In this document: piece after piece, positions 1 through 9,702 of the stretch
Numbering within the stretch: position 1 is the first letter of the stretch
Layout: each line of letters starts with the position of its first letter
Source: a virus
Taxonomy: Duplodnaviria > Caudoviricetes
Direction: 5' to 3' (one strand)
IMG/VR virus record: IMGVR_UViG_3300033121_000711
Span: 28,713-92,712 of that record
Length of the DNA stretch: 64,000 nt
Position numbers and translations under genes: made by a program
Notes under the pieces: model-generated
What the model saw: the letters and a program-made list of their open reading frames with translations, nothing else
What the model was told of the DNA's origin: nothing
Databases searched by the model: none

Positions 1-1884
1 GGCCGATTTCTCGACCAATAATTGTTGATTGTAAATAAAATAATTACGTTCCATTTCATGTAATCCGTAATACTTAATATTGTATCGTAGGATTACTAGG
101 TTATTATTGTTTTGCTTATAATCTGATTTCCAAGCTGCTTTTACTTTGGTTATAAGATCTTCTGTCTCAGTATAAGAAACTTCTAATGTCTGTTCTATAA
201 TGTCAGATTCTGTTATAGTTGTAACTGCTGTTGATTTCTTAGATAAATATTTAATATGAAAGACATTGTTTTTCAACCAAACAATACAACGTGATTGATA
301 AGCAATATCTTGGATAAGACTTATAACATTTGGTCGGTCTAATAAAGCAAAATTAGAAGGATAGGCAGCTAGTAGACTTTGAACTTCATTGAAGCTAGTT
401 GTATCATAAGTATGATCTGAATACGTATCAATAAGCCATTTAATAATTGTTACAGTATTTGGCCCTATTGGGCTTGTGCATGTTACATATAGTTCATCAT
501 CCCAGCCGAGACTATCACCATTAGCATCGTTTAGCGAAGACAATGCGTTAGGCACTACAATCATTGTTACTGGTAATGTGCCAAAACTGCATTGTGTCGT
601 ATAATATAGATTTGTAGGAACTAGAGATAATTGTTTTATGCCACCATAATCTCTGTAAGCGTAAACAAGTTTCACTGTAACTTGGATTGTGGCAGCTACA
701 ATGTATCTAATATAATCAGGTTCTTCATCAACATCCCCGGCAACTAATCCAAGGATAAGTCTTTGACCGGCAGGATTCCAGAAGAATTTATCTCTAGCTA
801 TATAGAGTGGTGGATCTTCAGAGCCTGCTTCTGGCGGTTCAATGTTTTTATATTTCTCAGTCTCTGGGTGTTCAGTTGAAGTGATATGGAAAGAATCGCC
901 AAGAAAATATCCTCGATACGTTCCAGATCCTATTCTATAATTACGTTCAACTCCTTGACGGAAAACTGATCCGTTAGTAACACCTATAACATTTTTATTA
1001 TAAGTTTTCTGTTTGTTTAAAATTGTTTGAAGTGCATCATTATTATCTTTGATCTTTTGAGCTTGCAAAAGATATTTATTGCCTTGATCTAAATATTGTT
1101 TAGCCAATCCACTATAGTATCCAGTACCTTCTTCAATAGATGCGAGATCGTCCAACTCTCCAAGTTTTCTTGCAGTATAAGAAGCTTGCAGATAACCTAA
1201 TAAATAGATTTGTGCTAGAGATGCAGCGTAATCAGATTGCTTAACCTGATCTGCAATATGTGGTTCAATAGAGGGATCTTCAATACCGTGATCGTCAGTT
1301 GTCGTAGAGTCTGCGGCATCGCCTTGACGATCTTTATAAGGGATATCATCTATTCGTGTAGCCGGTAATTTTAAAACAGTGCCAAAAATTAACGGCCAGA
1401 CTTTGCCTATCTGATCTTGAGGTAGATTAGAAAACTGTCCTTCTTCTGGTGAGAATCCAACTTCAATATCCGAAGCTTGCGAAATCACTGAAAAAGTTAA
1501 TGTTCTATCTGACTCTTTCCATATTACAGGTGAGGCGATTATACCAGAAAAAAGAACAAACTTATCTGTTATAGGTATGCCTGAAAACCATTGATAAATT
1601 GTTACTTTCTTGCGATGTATATCTACATTGTTAAAATATTGTTTCATCTGTCCGTCACTATCATCTAATGTGACGGTAACATTTTGTGACGTACCGCTTT
1701 TGCTGACATTAAGAACATCATCAAAAGCTGAGATACTTAAAATTCTCCCTTCAATCCCCTCAAAAGTTTTATCTCCATAAATTTTAGTCGAGTTTGTATT
1801 CCATTCAATCTCAACTAAACAGATAGGCTCTGTTCCAGTTTTTTGCTGTAGCTTTGTAAGACTGGCTGTTGATATAGTTCTCAC
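1..1884 (-). CDS. Large tail/baseplate-region structural protein, truncated at window edge (not in ORF track)
   Basis: GTG at 1884 overlaps the upstream TGA (GTGA) and reads MRTISTASLTKLQQKTGTEPICLVEIEW...; lies downstream of the tape measure gene. Only the N-terminal part was translated by hand. Confidence 0.7.
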   Translation of the reverse strand, partial: MRTISTASLTKLQQKTGTEPICLVEIEWNTNSTKIYGDKTFEGIEGRILSISAFDDVLNVSKSGTSQNVTVTLDDSDGQMKQYFNNVDIHRKKVTIYQWFSGIPITDKFVLFSGIIASPVIWKESDRTLTFSVISQASDIEVGFSPEEGQFSNLPQDQIGKVWPLIFGTVLKLPATRIDDIPYKDRQGDAADSTTTDDHGIEDPSIEPHIADQVKQSDYAASLAQIYLLGYLQASYTARKLGELDDLASIEEGTGYYSGLAKQYLDQGNKYLLQAQKIKDNNDALQTILNKQKTYNKNVIGVTNGSVFRQGVERNYRIGSGTYRGYFLGDSFHITSTEHPETEKYKNIEPPEAGSEDPPLYIARDKFFWNPAGQRLILGLVAGDVDEEPDYIRYIVAATIQVTVKLVYAYRDYGGIKQLSLVPTNLYYTTQCSFGTLPVTMIVVPNALSSLNDANGDSLGWDDELYVTCTSPIGPNTVTIIKWLIDTYSDHTYDTTSFNEVQSLLAAYPSNFALLDRPNVISLIQDIAYQSRCIVWLKNNVFHIKYLSKKSTAVTTITESDIIEQTLEVSYTETEDLITKVKAAWKSDYKQNNNNLVILRYNIKYYGLHEMERNYFIYNQQLLVEKSA

Positions 1885-2249
1885 AAGTCCACCTGAAATG
1901 AGAAGCCAGCCTGATAGTCTTCCACACCTTCTTGGGAGACTTCGTCAGCCGGAGTTGTTATAATACAGTTGTTTAAAGTCCGACCTTCATAATCTAGTAT
2001 AGTTATTTTTTGACCTAAGCTATTTCTCATAAAGGTTAAAAGATTGTACAAATCGTTTTGAGTTAAATAGCTGAACTTCCAAGTATACGTCACAAACTTA
2101 GGCCAATTGCTATCACGAAAAATTACTAAATCACCACCTCTAGTTTTCCTATTTATTCTACGTATCTCTACAGACTCTTTGTCATTAAAATCTGGATTTC
2201 TCAGTGTTACACTATTTAGTCCGTAAGTCAAAGTAATCATTATGAACAC
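1881..2249 (-). CDS. Putative distal-tail-like structural protein
   Basis: Position after tape measure; resembles the C-terminal domain of 17596..19302. Confidence 0.5.
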   Translation of the reverse strand: MFIMITLTYGLNSVTLRNPDFNDKESVEIRRINRKTRGGDLVIFRDSNWPKFVTYTWKFSYLTQNDLYNLLTFMRNSLGQKITILDYEGRTLNNCIITTPADEVSQEGVEDYQAGFSFQVDL

Positions 2250-2779
2250 TCCGGTGCATTAGGCCCTGTCAATGTTGGAAGTGTTATATAGTATTTGTCA
2301 TAATCTTCTATAATACCGACACCGTAAGAAGATATAACTAAAGTTTGAATTATTTCTATATTTCTTATAACCGTGTAAGTTGCTTCTTGTGTAAATGTTA
2401 TTGTTTGTATTGCAGCTTTACAATTATGTACTGTTACTGATTGTTCAATATCTAAAGTATGAGTAATTTGCTCATACTCAACAACTTTAGCTACTTGACC
2501 TATAATCAAATACTGAACAATATCTTGTTGGCCAGCTGACTTATGCCCGCCTTGATGCAGGTCTAAAAACTGAGTAACTGAAATATTGTTGATAGATTTT
2601 CTTACAGAGACGTTTTGAGATAAATGTAAAAAATTTGCGACGCTTAAAAACTGTCTATAGTTTTTTGCACTATCCGTTAAAACTAAAACTTGATCAACGA
2701 AAAGACTTGTTGGGAAATATTTTGAATTTCCCTGATCAAGAGCTAGAAACTGTACCACCTTCAATTCGTACACTGCCAT
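2240..2779 (-). CDS. Virion protein with QxLxLxQ beta repeats
   Basis: Repeats QFLALDQ, NFLHLSQ, QFLDLHQ, HTLDIEQ, QTITFTQ; tail module context. Confidence 0.55.
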   Translation of the reverse strand: MAVYELKVVQFLALDQGNSKYFPTSLFVDQVLVLTDSAKNYRQFLSVANFLHLSQNVSVRKSINNISVTQFLDLHQGGHKSAGQQDIVQYLIIGQVAKVVEYEQITHTLDIEQSVTVHNCKAAIQTITFTQEATYTVIRNIEIIQTLVISSYGVGIIEDYDKYYITLPTLTGPNAPECS

Positions 2780-3038
2780 CGATATCCTCCAGATCTAATG
2801 TTTGTCCACGAAGATCGTGATGACAGTCATTTAAGAATTCGATTTTACCTTCTTTAACATAATGGTGACAATGAATAATTTCACCACGCCGACTATAACC
2901 TTCAGCTAAAATTGACGGTGAAAATGTTGGCCTATCTAAATCGCCATTCCATTCCCAAATCTTTGAACTGATTTCATGCTCTATGCGACAGCCTGGACAA
3001 TTATAGGAAACAACACTACCTGATACTTTAACTTTCAT
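2736..3038 (-). CDS. DUF6527-like small Cys/His protein
   Basis: CPGC..H, WxWNG..xPTFSPSIL, CHxYVxxGxI motifs; probable start ATG 3038 with GGAG RBS. Confidence 0.6.
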   Translation of the reverse strand: MKVKVSGSVVSYNCPGCRIEHEISSKIWEWNGDLDRPTFSPSILAEGYSRRGEIIHCHHYVKEGKIEFLNDCHHDLRGQTLDLEDIDGSVRIEGGTVSSS

Positions 3039-3054
3039 TTTGACTCCAGAAAGC

Positions 3055-3095
3055 AAAATAGGCGAGCCGAGCGAGTGCCCGGCTCGCCTATTTTT
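3055..3095 (-). terminator. Intrinsic terminator hairpin, possibly bidirectional
   Basis: AAAATAGGCGAGCCG...CGGCTCGCCTATTTT immediately after the stop of 3098..3649. Confidence 0.7.
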
Positions 3096-3097
3096 AT

Positions 3098-3649
3098 TTA
3101 CGCATTCAGCGTGTAAGTAACTTTCAACTGGTCTCCATTGACTACCGGAACGTCGGCAGTAAACAGAGCTGTAGACCAAAGATAGCCAGTCGTTCCACCT
3201 TTAGTATTGTTACTGGTGATAAAGATACCCTTAACCGTGCCACTAGAAGACACGTCAAAAGTAGCAGGAGTACCATTAGTCACAGATTGAGAAGCCGCAG
3301 CGTCAGAGCCCCAAGCCACGCGATTGGATTGGCTATAGCTTGTGAACTCTGTCCAGCCACCGTGACTATTCATCACGTCTGTAGCAGCTAATGCACTGTA
3401 ACTTGTCAAGTTGATAAGACCAATATACCAACTGGAATTAGCAACTTGCGTTTCATCGTTGAACATGACATCGAAAAGAAGGTTCTTGCCTTGATTTACG
3501 ATATCATTAAAAATTGTATAATGGTCGTAGAATTTACCTTCACGAAAATGATCGATATCAAATCGACCTCTAAGATCCAGCTTTTGTCCTTTAGGACGCT
3601 CTTGCATCTTAAGAAACATGGAACCATTTTCAAGTACGATTTTATTCAT
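3098..3649 (-). CDS. Virion structural protein (paralog of 17024..17599)
   Basis: WYIGL...DVMNSHGGWTE..Y..SNR...NNTKGGTTG.L motif shared with 17024..17599. Confidence 0.65.
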   Translation of the reverse strand: MNKIVLENGSMFLKMQERPKGQKLDLRGRFDIDHFREGKFYDHYTIFNDIVNQGKNLLFDVMFNDETQVANSSWYIGLINLTSYSALAATDVMNSHGGWTEFTSYSQSNRVAWGSDAAASQSVTNGTPATFDVSSSGTVKGIFITSNNTKGGTTGYLWSTALFTADVPVVNGDQLKVTYTLNA

Positions 3650-3652
3650 CTT

Positions 3653-6600
3653 TTATCCTAAATTTATTGTACCACGCCGGATACCGCGACGTAGACCTTG
3701 TGCAATGTTTCTCAACGATTGTCCGTCAGTTTGACCGCCAGACACATTAACAGTTATATCGCCAACATTTGTAACGGGGCCACCGTTATTCATATACTTA
3801 GGCATACCGCCAGAATTCATAGCTCTAAGTAAAGGTGCAAACATTTTGGTTGCATCTTCATTCATTACATATTCTTTTTTACTCAACATGGCAGGCACGT
3901 TATCGCTACCTCTCGGCACGAAATTAACAAAACCGCCATATTTCATATACTCTGGAGGCTTACCGCCAAACATACGACCTTCAGCCGGTACGTTTGGTAA
4001 AGCATCTATAGGATTTAGCCCTGGTTGATTATTAAGAGCATTATTTATACGTTCAAGTTCATTAGCATAATTTGCGGCTGCATTAGCTAAAGTTTGAAAA
4101 TTAGATTGTACAACAGGTGTTGAATTAATAGATGCTTCAGCCATAGCCCTTAAAGCACCGGGGACATTTTTTAGGCGTTGATCCAAATTAGCGGCCGTAT
4201 TTAAAGCAGCATCTAATTTGTTTTTAGTTTGCTCTATACTTGTAGCAGCTGTAACTAAATCTTGACCAACACCTGTAGATAGTCCTATCTGATCTTTTAC
4301 AGATCTACCTTTATCTGCACCAAAAGATATTTTATCTGGACTTCCAAGATTACGTAATCTAATATATTCCAATGTTGCAGCGTTAAGAGCTTCAATAGCT
4401 TGACGTACTTTGTTAGCGTTTTCAACAGTACGTCCACCAGAGGCGTTAAATGCATCTCTTGCAGCTTTTAAATCGTCAACTTTTTCTAAGGCTTTATTGC
4501 GAGCTGGTTCAGATTCTTTATCGGTTCTTATACCATCTATCTTAATAGGCTTATCAAGACTGGCTTTAAAGACATCTATTTGACGATTAACACCACTGAG
4601 TAGTCTATCTATTTCAGTAGTTTCTTGCCTAATCTTTTCTTGAGCTTTAGTCGCTAAGTTTTCAATATTTTGAATATCTCGTCCAGCACCTTCTTGAATC
4701 TTTTGAGCAGATTCAACATTTTGTGCTGTTCGTATTTGATTGATAATGCTATCTCTTTGCTTTTGCAAATCGATAAAGACTTGGAATCCTCTTCCAGGAT
4801 CTGAATCTTGGGAAGCTAATTCTAATATCTTTTTACGTCGAGTTTCAAACTCGCGTAAAGCACGTTCAGTACCTTCAGGGCCTTTATACTCATTCTTTAA
4901 TTTACCTTCTTTATTGAAGACATCAATCTTCTCAAGAAGCATAAATTGTTGTTGCAGAAGACGTATACGTTCACGTTCTTTAGCTGCAAGCGACTCTTGC
5001 TGTTTTTGCTTATCGCTCTGTACTTGACGATATTGCTCTTCTAAAGCTAATCGTTCTTGTGTCAGAGAATTTATCTGAGATTCAATATCTTTTGTTCTAA
5101 CTGTGAACTCGTAACGAGCTTGACCGTCAGGGCCAATTGTTGGTGCTACTTGTCCTTGTTTTACCCGGAACTCAAACTGTTTTCTTTCATTCTCAGTTTG
5201 TTTCTGGAATAATTGAGACTGTAACTGTTGAACATCGTTAAATAGTTTTCGACCTTCTTCAGCACCTTCTTTAGTGCCTTTAGCAAACTCTTCTCTAGCT
5301 TGTGCAGCTAGTTGTAGAATTCTTGCTTTTAATAATTCGATCTGTTGATCGTTAGCTATAAATCCTGTAAAATTGTCTTGATTGCCAGGACTTGCAAATT
5401 TTAATTTTTCGTTAAAAATTGCATTAGAGCCACGTCTTGGTAGATCTTCAGATTCTCTCAAACTTTGACGGATCTCAGACTTAGCTCTGTTAGCTTCTTC
5501 ATTGAATCTAGAAACATTACGACGAAGACTTTCAAAATATGTACCAGAACTTGTTTTAAGATTCTCAGTTATAGCTTTCAGATTATCTGTAGCTACAACC
5601 TTAAGTCTATTAGCTTCTTTCAAAACGTTCGTAGAGAAAGTTAAAACAGTTTGGAATCTTTTCTTATACTCTTCTTTAACCTTTTCAGTTGTTTGACTTA
5701 CACCTTTTTCTTCAAGTTCACCAATACCTTTACGAACTTTTTCAGCTTCTATAGATGCTTGTTTAGATTTTGAAATCACATTGTCTAAAGCATCAAGCTG
5801 CTTACTAAAGATTTTATCTCCAACATAATAGCTTCCCCCAAAAGCTATAGCTAAAGCGGCAACTGGTGTAGCAGCAGCTAATGCTGCTTTTGTTACAGCC
5901 CCTAATCCTGTTAACATAGCAGGAAAAGAAGTTGTGCTTAAATAAGTGTAAGCTACACTTAGAGCTGTAGTAGTTGCTGTCAGCGTTCGCTTAGCCAAAG
6001 AAGATGCAGCAGTTAGAGCTATTTCAGTTTGCATTGCCGGGTGTAGAGCTATTAAAACACCTCGATAAGCAATATACCCACCAATAGTTAATTGGATAGT
6101 AGCTAATAAGCCTTTAGCAGCATTGGCTGCACCACCCATACCTTCAACAATACGTACTAATCCTTTTAAGAACGGCTCACCAAAATCTTGCTCAAAATAA
6201 TTGCGAAGTTGAATCATCTGTTGGGCAGCTCTTTGTCCCGGAGATTCTTGAACTTCTTTTTTAGCGTTCTCGTACTCTTTTTGAGCTCCTGTGATCTTTC
6301 TTAAAGAATCTTGGAAGTCATTAAAGGCCCCACCAGTAAGACCGACAGTTCCTCGAATAGCTCGAATCTGTCCGAGCAAGTCACCAATCCTACCAGTACC
6401 TTTAGCTGCTTCTTGATCTAATTTCTGTAATACTCCAGCAAATCCAAAAGTAGCAATAGCTGCCGTACCGCTAGAAACACCCCACTCTTCAAAAAGCTTC
6501 TTCATCTCATCTGTAGGACGGATAAGCTTTAAAAGAATATTTTGAATAAGTGTGCTAGAGTCGTTAAATTTAATACCGCGATTTGTTAATACTGCAATAG

Positions 6601-8098
6601 CAGCAGATACTTCTTCTAGCTTGACACCTGCATCGGAAGCAATTGTACCGACACGTCCAAACGTATCAGCCATTTCGCGTGCTCTAACACGACCTAATTC
6701 AATCGTCTTAAATAAGATGGCTGCAATACGTTCAGTATCAGCTAAAGGTAACTGGAAACTCTTTAAAGCACCAGAAAGTAAGTTCACGGAATCTGTAGCT
6801 GTACTAACACTAGCTTGCGAGAAGCCTAAAGCAGATTCTAAGAACTTAAAAGATTCTGCACCTTTAGCTACCTGGTTCGATAATGTTTGATAAGCTGCTT
6901 CTGCAACGTCAGATTGAGTTCTACCAAAAGCATTAGAAAGTTCTGTAATACTGCTGGACCATCGTTGTGTCGATAATTGTGCATCTTGCGAGATAGTTCT
7001 GATCTCAGCAATTTGCAGCATGAATTTTTGAGCTGCTGCAACTGATGCTATAATCTCACCTTCAAATGTCGCAAAAATACGCTTCAATAATTGAGCTTCA
7101 AGTAATCTTAAAACACCGCCAAGACTGATAAAGATGCTTTTTGTTTCAGCTACTGCTTTATCAGTTTTCTTGAAGCCTTCTATAATAGTTCTAAGACTAT
7201 TTGTCAATCTTTGTTCATCAGTTGTAAGATCCGGAATAACTTTCTTAGGATCTGCTTTAACTGTCGCTAAAATTTCAGCAAAACGCTGAACGCTGACAGC
7301 ACCTGAAGAAACAATGGCTTTAACTCTAGCAATTGCAGCTTCAACTTGAGAAATCTTAGCAGGGTTGACATCTTCAAATTTAAAATTAGATTTTAAGACT
7401 TCCCCTACTTCTCGACTTTGAGCTTGTTGTTGATTCTTTTTGATTGCAGCATCAACAAGTCTCTTCTGAGCGTTCTCCTCCTCTTTTGCTGCTGCAACAA
7501 CTTTCTTAGCGGCTTTTTCTCTAGCATCTGCTGTACGATCTATTTGATTTTGTATAGAGCGTAAGGCCCTGACAATCTTAGCTTCTTCGGCTGTTAATCC
7601 TGGAAACAGAGCTTTAGGGTCTTTGCTGAACTGATCTAATATTCGTTGAAAAGAATCAAGTTCAACTTTACCGCTTGCTACTAGATCTTTAATACGTTGT
7701 ATAGCTGAATCTACTGTATTCAAACTACCAGAAGGTAAGCCTCTACCCGTATTAAAACTTTGATCTAAGATAGATTCGACTTGACTGCCTTTAGCGGCAG
7801 TCGCAGCTACTGCACCAGCGTCTTTAGCTTCTTTAATAGATCTGGCAGCTTTAACAACTTTTGTGTTTAAAACTTCCCAACCTGTTGCAACTTTCTTTAA
7901 AGTTGCTTCAACTTTATCACCTTCGGCAGTTATTCCACCGAAGACTTGCTTAACGATTTCACCCTCTTTATTGGCTATCGCCATTTTTCTAAAGAGGCTT
8001 TCAACTGTCGATGAATTCTTTTGTAATGCTTCTATAAGTTCGTTGGATGCTGATTTAACATCAGTAACATCCATACCGATTTGAATTATCTGAGCCAC
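3653..8098 (-). CDS. Tail tape measure protein
   Basis: 1481 aa, Ala/Lys/Gln-rich helical; TP901-like core (VAEAAYQTLS...LEEVSAAIAVLT); C-terminal PRGSDNVPAMLS..EYV motif; downstream of tail chaperone. Confidence 0.9.
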   Translation of the reverse strand: MAQIIQIGMDVTDVKSASNELIEALQKNSSTVESLFRKMAIANKEGEIVKQVFGGITAEGDKVEATLKKVATGWEVLNTKVVKAARSIKEAKDAGAVAATAAKGSQVESILDQSFNTGRGLPSGSLNTVDSAIQRIKDLVASGKVELDSFQRILDQFSKDPKALFPGLTAEEAKIVRALRSIQNQIDRTADAREKAAKKVVAAAKEEENAQKRLVDAAIKKNQQQAQSREVGEVLKSNFKFEDVNPAKISQVEAAIARVKAIVSSGAVSVQRFAEILATVKADPKKVIPDLTTDEQRLTNSLRTIIEGFKKTDKAVAETKSIFISLGGVLRLLEAQLLKRIFATFEGEIIASVAAAQKFMLQIAEIRTISQDAQLSTQRWSSSITELSNAFGRTQSDVAEAAYQTLSNQVAKGAESFKFLESALGFSQASVSTATDSVNLLSGALKSFQLPLADTERIAAILFKTIELGRVRAREMADTFGRVGTIASDAGVKLEEVSAAIAVLTNRGIKFNDSSTLIQNILLKLIRPTDEMKKLFEEWGVSSGTAAIATFGFAGVLQKLDQEAAKGTGRIGDLLGQIRAIRGTVGLTGGAFNDFQDSLRKITGAQKEYENAKKEVQESPGQRAAQQMIQLRNYFEQDFGEPFLKGLVRIVEGMGGAANAAKGLLATIQLTIGGYIAYRGVLIALHPAMQTEIALTAASSLAKRTLTATTTALSVAYTYLSTTSFPAMLTGLGAVTKAALAAATPVAALAIAFGGSYYVGDKIFSKQLDALDNVISKSKQASIEAEKVRKGIGELEEKGVSQTTEKVKEEYKKRFQTVLTFSTNVLKEANRLKVVATDNLKAITENLKTSSGTYFESLRRNVSRFNEEANRAKSEIRQSLRESEDLPRRGSNAIFNEKLKFASPGNQDNFTGFIANDQQIELLKARILQLAAQAREEFAKGTKEGAEEGRKLFNDVQQLQSQLFQKQTENERKQFEFRVKQGQVAPTIGPDGQARYEFTVRTKDIESQINSLTQERLALEEQYRQVQSDKQKQQESLAAKERERIRLLQQQFMLLEKIDVFNKEGKLKNEYKGPEGTERALREFETRRKKILELASQDSDPGRGFQVFIDLQKQRDSIINQIRTAQNVESAQKIQEGAGRDIQNIENLATKAQEKIRQETTEIDRLLSGVNRQIDVFKASLDKPIKIDGIRTDKESEPARNKALEKVDDLKAARDAFNASGGRTVENANKVRQAIEALNAATLEYIRLRNLGSPDKISFGADKGRSVKDQIGLSTGVGQDLVTAATSIEQTKNKLDAALNTAANLDQRLKNVPGALRAMAEASINSTPVVQSNFQTLANAAANYANELERINNALNNQPGLNPIDALPNVPAEGRMFGGKPPEYMKYGGFVNFVPRGSDNVPAMLSKKEYVMNEDATKMFAPLLRAMNSGGMPKYMNNGGPVTNVGDITVNVSGGQTDGQSLRNIAQGLRRGIRRGTINLG

Positions 8099-8108
8099 CT
8101 GAATCTCC

Positions 8109-9041
8109 TTAGAGTGTTAAATTGGACTTTGAGCCAGATCCAGGATAAGGAGTCATTTTGGCTCCGCGAATATTACCAACAGGGAGTAAAGGAGTGCCAA
8201 ATCTACGACGATAACTTGCAGCAGTATTTGTCCCACCCTTACCGACTTGTGAACCTTTTAAATAAATGAATTGTGATGTTAAAATTTCTGTGATATATGG
8301 ATACCTTGACGCCGCTTTTTCTAAATAATTCAATGATGCTTGGAATCCAGCATCAAGACTACGCCAAGGAGCACCTATGATTCTAGAATAAAAATCATTG
8401 ATTCTATAGTAACTGATACCTATATCGAAATTGATTTTACAAGTTGTTCCCGATATTTTGAAAACATCACCAATATCTTTAGGGTTAACAAATTTAAGAG
8501 CATTTGCAGTTGTTTTTAAAACTCTTTGCTTTTTAGCGTAGTAATAATATTCGTTGAATCTCAGATTCTTTAATCTTTTTTCTGTTGTTTTATTTTTTCG
8601 GTACTTTTTCAATGAGGCTCTAACTTCTCGTTGATACTGTCGTCTTTGAGCTTCTTGGCCTGAAGGACTGATTGGTGGTCTTTTATTTCTAGGATCCTTT
8701 TTTGGATCTTCTTCTTTTGGCTTAGCTCTATATCTTGTTAAATGCTCAAAAACTTCTTTTGCAGCTGTTCCTGGTTCTTCCCCTTCTAAAGAGGCACTAT
8801 TAAGTAATGCTGAGAGTGCAGGATTTAAGTCGTTTTTATTGTTTCTACCGTAAGCTCTTTTAAGAGGCTTAAAAGCACTTCTTAAGAAGCCTGTCCTCAT
8901 AGGAATTCTAGGAAGACAGGCTCTTAAGAAAGCTTTTAACGCCCCTCGCATCTCTTGAAGTAAAAATCTATCAAGAGACTTATCTACAGCTTTACCGCTG
9001 TGTAAAGTCCATAGTTCAGCAGTTGCTGTAAATAGTGGCAT
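8109..9041 (-). CDS. Basic hypothetical protein, possibly HK97 gp10-like tail component
   Basis: PxRTGFLRS motif; Lys/Arg-rich; ATG coupled to the upstream TAA. Confidence 0.4.
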   Translation of the reverse strand: MPLFTATAELWTLHSGKAVDKSLDRFLLQEMRGALKAFLRACLPRIPMRTGFLRSAFKPLKRAYGRNNKNDLNPALSALLNSASLEGEEPGTAAKEVFEHLTRYRAKPKEEDPKKDPRNKRPPISPSGQEAQRRQYQREVRASLKKYRKNKTTEKRLKNLRFNEYYYYAKKQRVLKTTANALKFVNPKDIGDVFKISGTTCKINFDIGISYYRINDFYSRIIGAPWRSLDAGFQASLNYLEKAASRYPYITEILTSQFIYLKGSQVGKGGTNTAASYRRRFGTPLLPVGNIRGAKMTPYPGSGSKSNLTL

Positions 9042-9256
9042 TAGAATACTCCAAGTTGCTTTGCTTCTTCGATTTGTCTAATCTGATCGTAAGACAGTAA
9101 CATTGCTTGTGTTTGCACGTTACAGCTATTCCAATCAGTTTCCACATCCGGTGGTCTTATGCCAAAACGCTCGCAGCTACGCCAAATAGAGTATTCCATT
9201 GTCCTACCATCAGGAATCACGCACTTAAGGACTCCTGCTCCATTGAAAGTAAAAAA
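9041..9256 (-). CDS. -1 frameshift extension of the tail chaperone (gpGT-like)
   Basis: -1 frame open from the slippery site to TAA 9041-9043 (TFNGAGVLKCVIPDGRTMEYSIWRSCERFG...KQLGVF*), filling the gap to the next ATG. Confidence 0.75.
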   Translation of the reverse strand, partial: FFTFNGAGVLKCVIPDGRTMEYSIWRSCERFGIRPPDVETDWNSCNVQTQAMLLSYDQIRQIEEAKQLGVF

Positions 9257-9693
9257 CGATTTCTTGCCTCATCAAGCTTATCTTGATTAAGGCAATTTGC
9301 AGAAGCAACTCCATACTGAATAATATTAATTTCTGTACTATTAAATCCGGAGGCTTTAAGTTCAGTTTGCCAATTTAACCAAGTTTCTGGCTTATTGATA
9401 TCTACAGTCTCCCACTCCAATTCTGGAGTAACTTCGAGAGATTTCAATATCATGTAAGCATAACGCATTTCTTGATATTGCTTAATAGCTTCTTTATAAC
9501 GTGTATCGTTATACTCTTCACGTCTTTCGCCACCGGGAAGTAAGACTTTAGGTGGCTTTGGCTCTTGAACTGTATCTGTAAAAGGCTTCATGTCTAATAC
9601 AGCTTGAGCTTTGAAAACTAGATCACCATCCGGGCGAGGGATGATGATCCATTCATAATTGGCTCCTGCAATCTTTTTACCTTTAAGCTTCAT
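9217..9693 (-). CDS. Tail assembly chaperone (gpG-like)
   Basis: Follows the tail tube genes; slippery T TTT TTA near the 3' end. Confidence 0.8.
   Translation of the reverse strand: MKLKGKKIAGANYEWIIIPRPDGDLVFKAQAVLDMKPFTDTVQEPKPPKVLLPGGERREEYNDTRYKEAIKQYQEMRYAYMILKSLEVTPELEWETVDINKPETWLNWQTELKASGFNSTEINIIQYGVASANCLNQDKLDEARNRFLLSMEQESLSA
9250..9256 (-). promoter_or_regulatory. Programmed -1 frameshift slippery heptamer TTTTTTA
   Basis: X XXY YYZ pattern in the correct phase (CGT TTT TTA). Confidence 0.75.
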
Positions 9694-9702
9694 AAATCCT
9701 CA

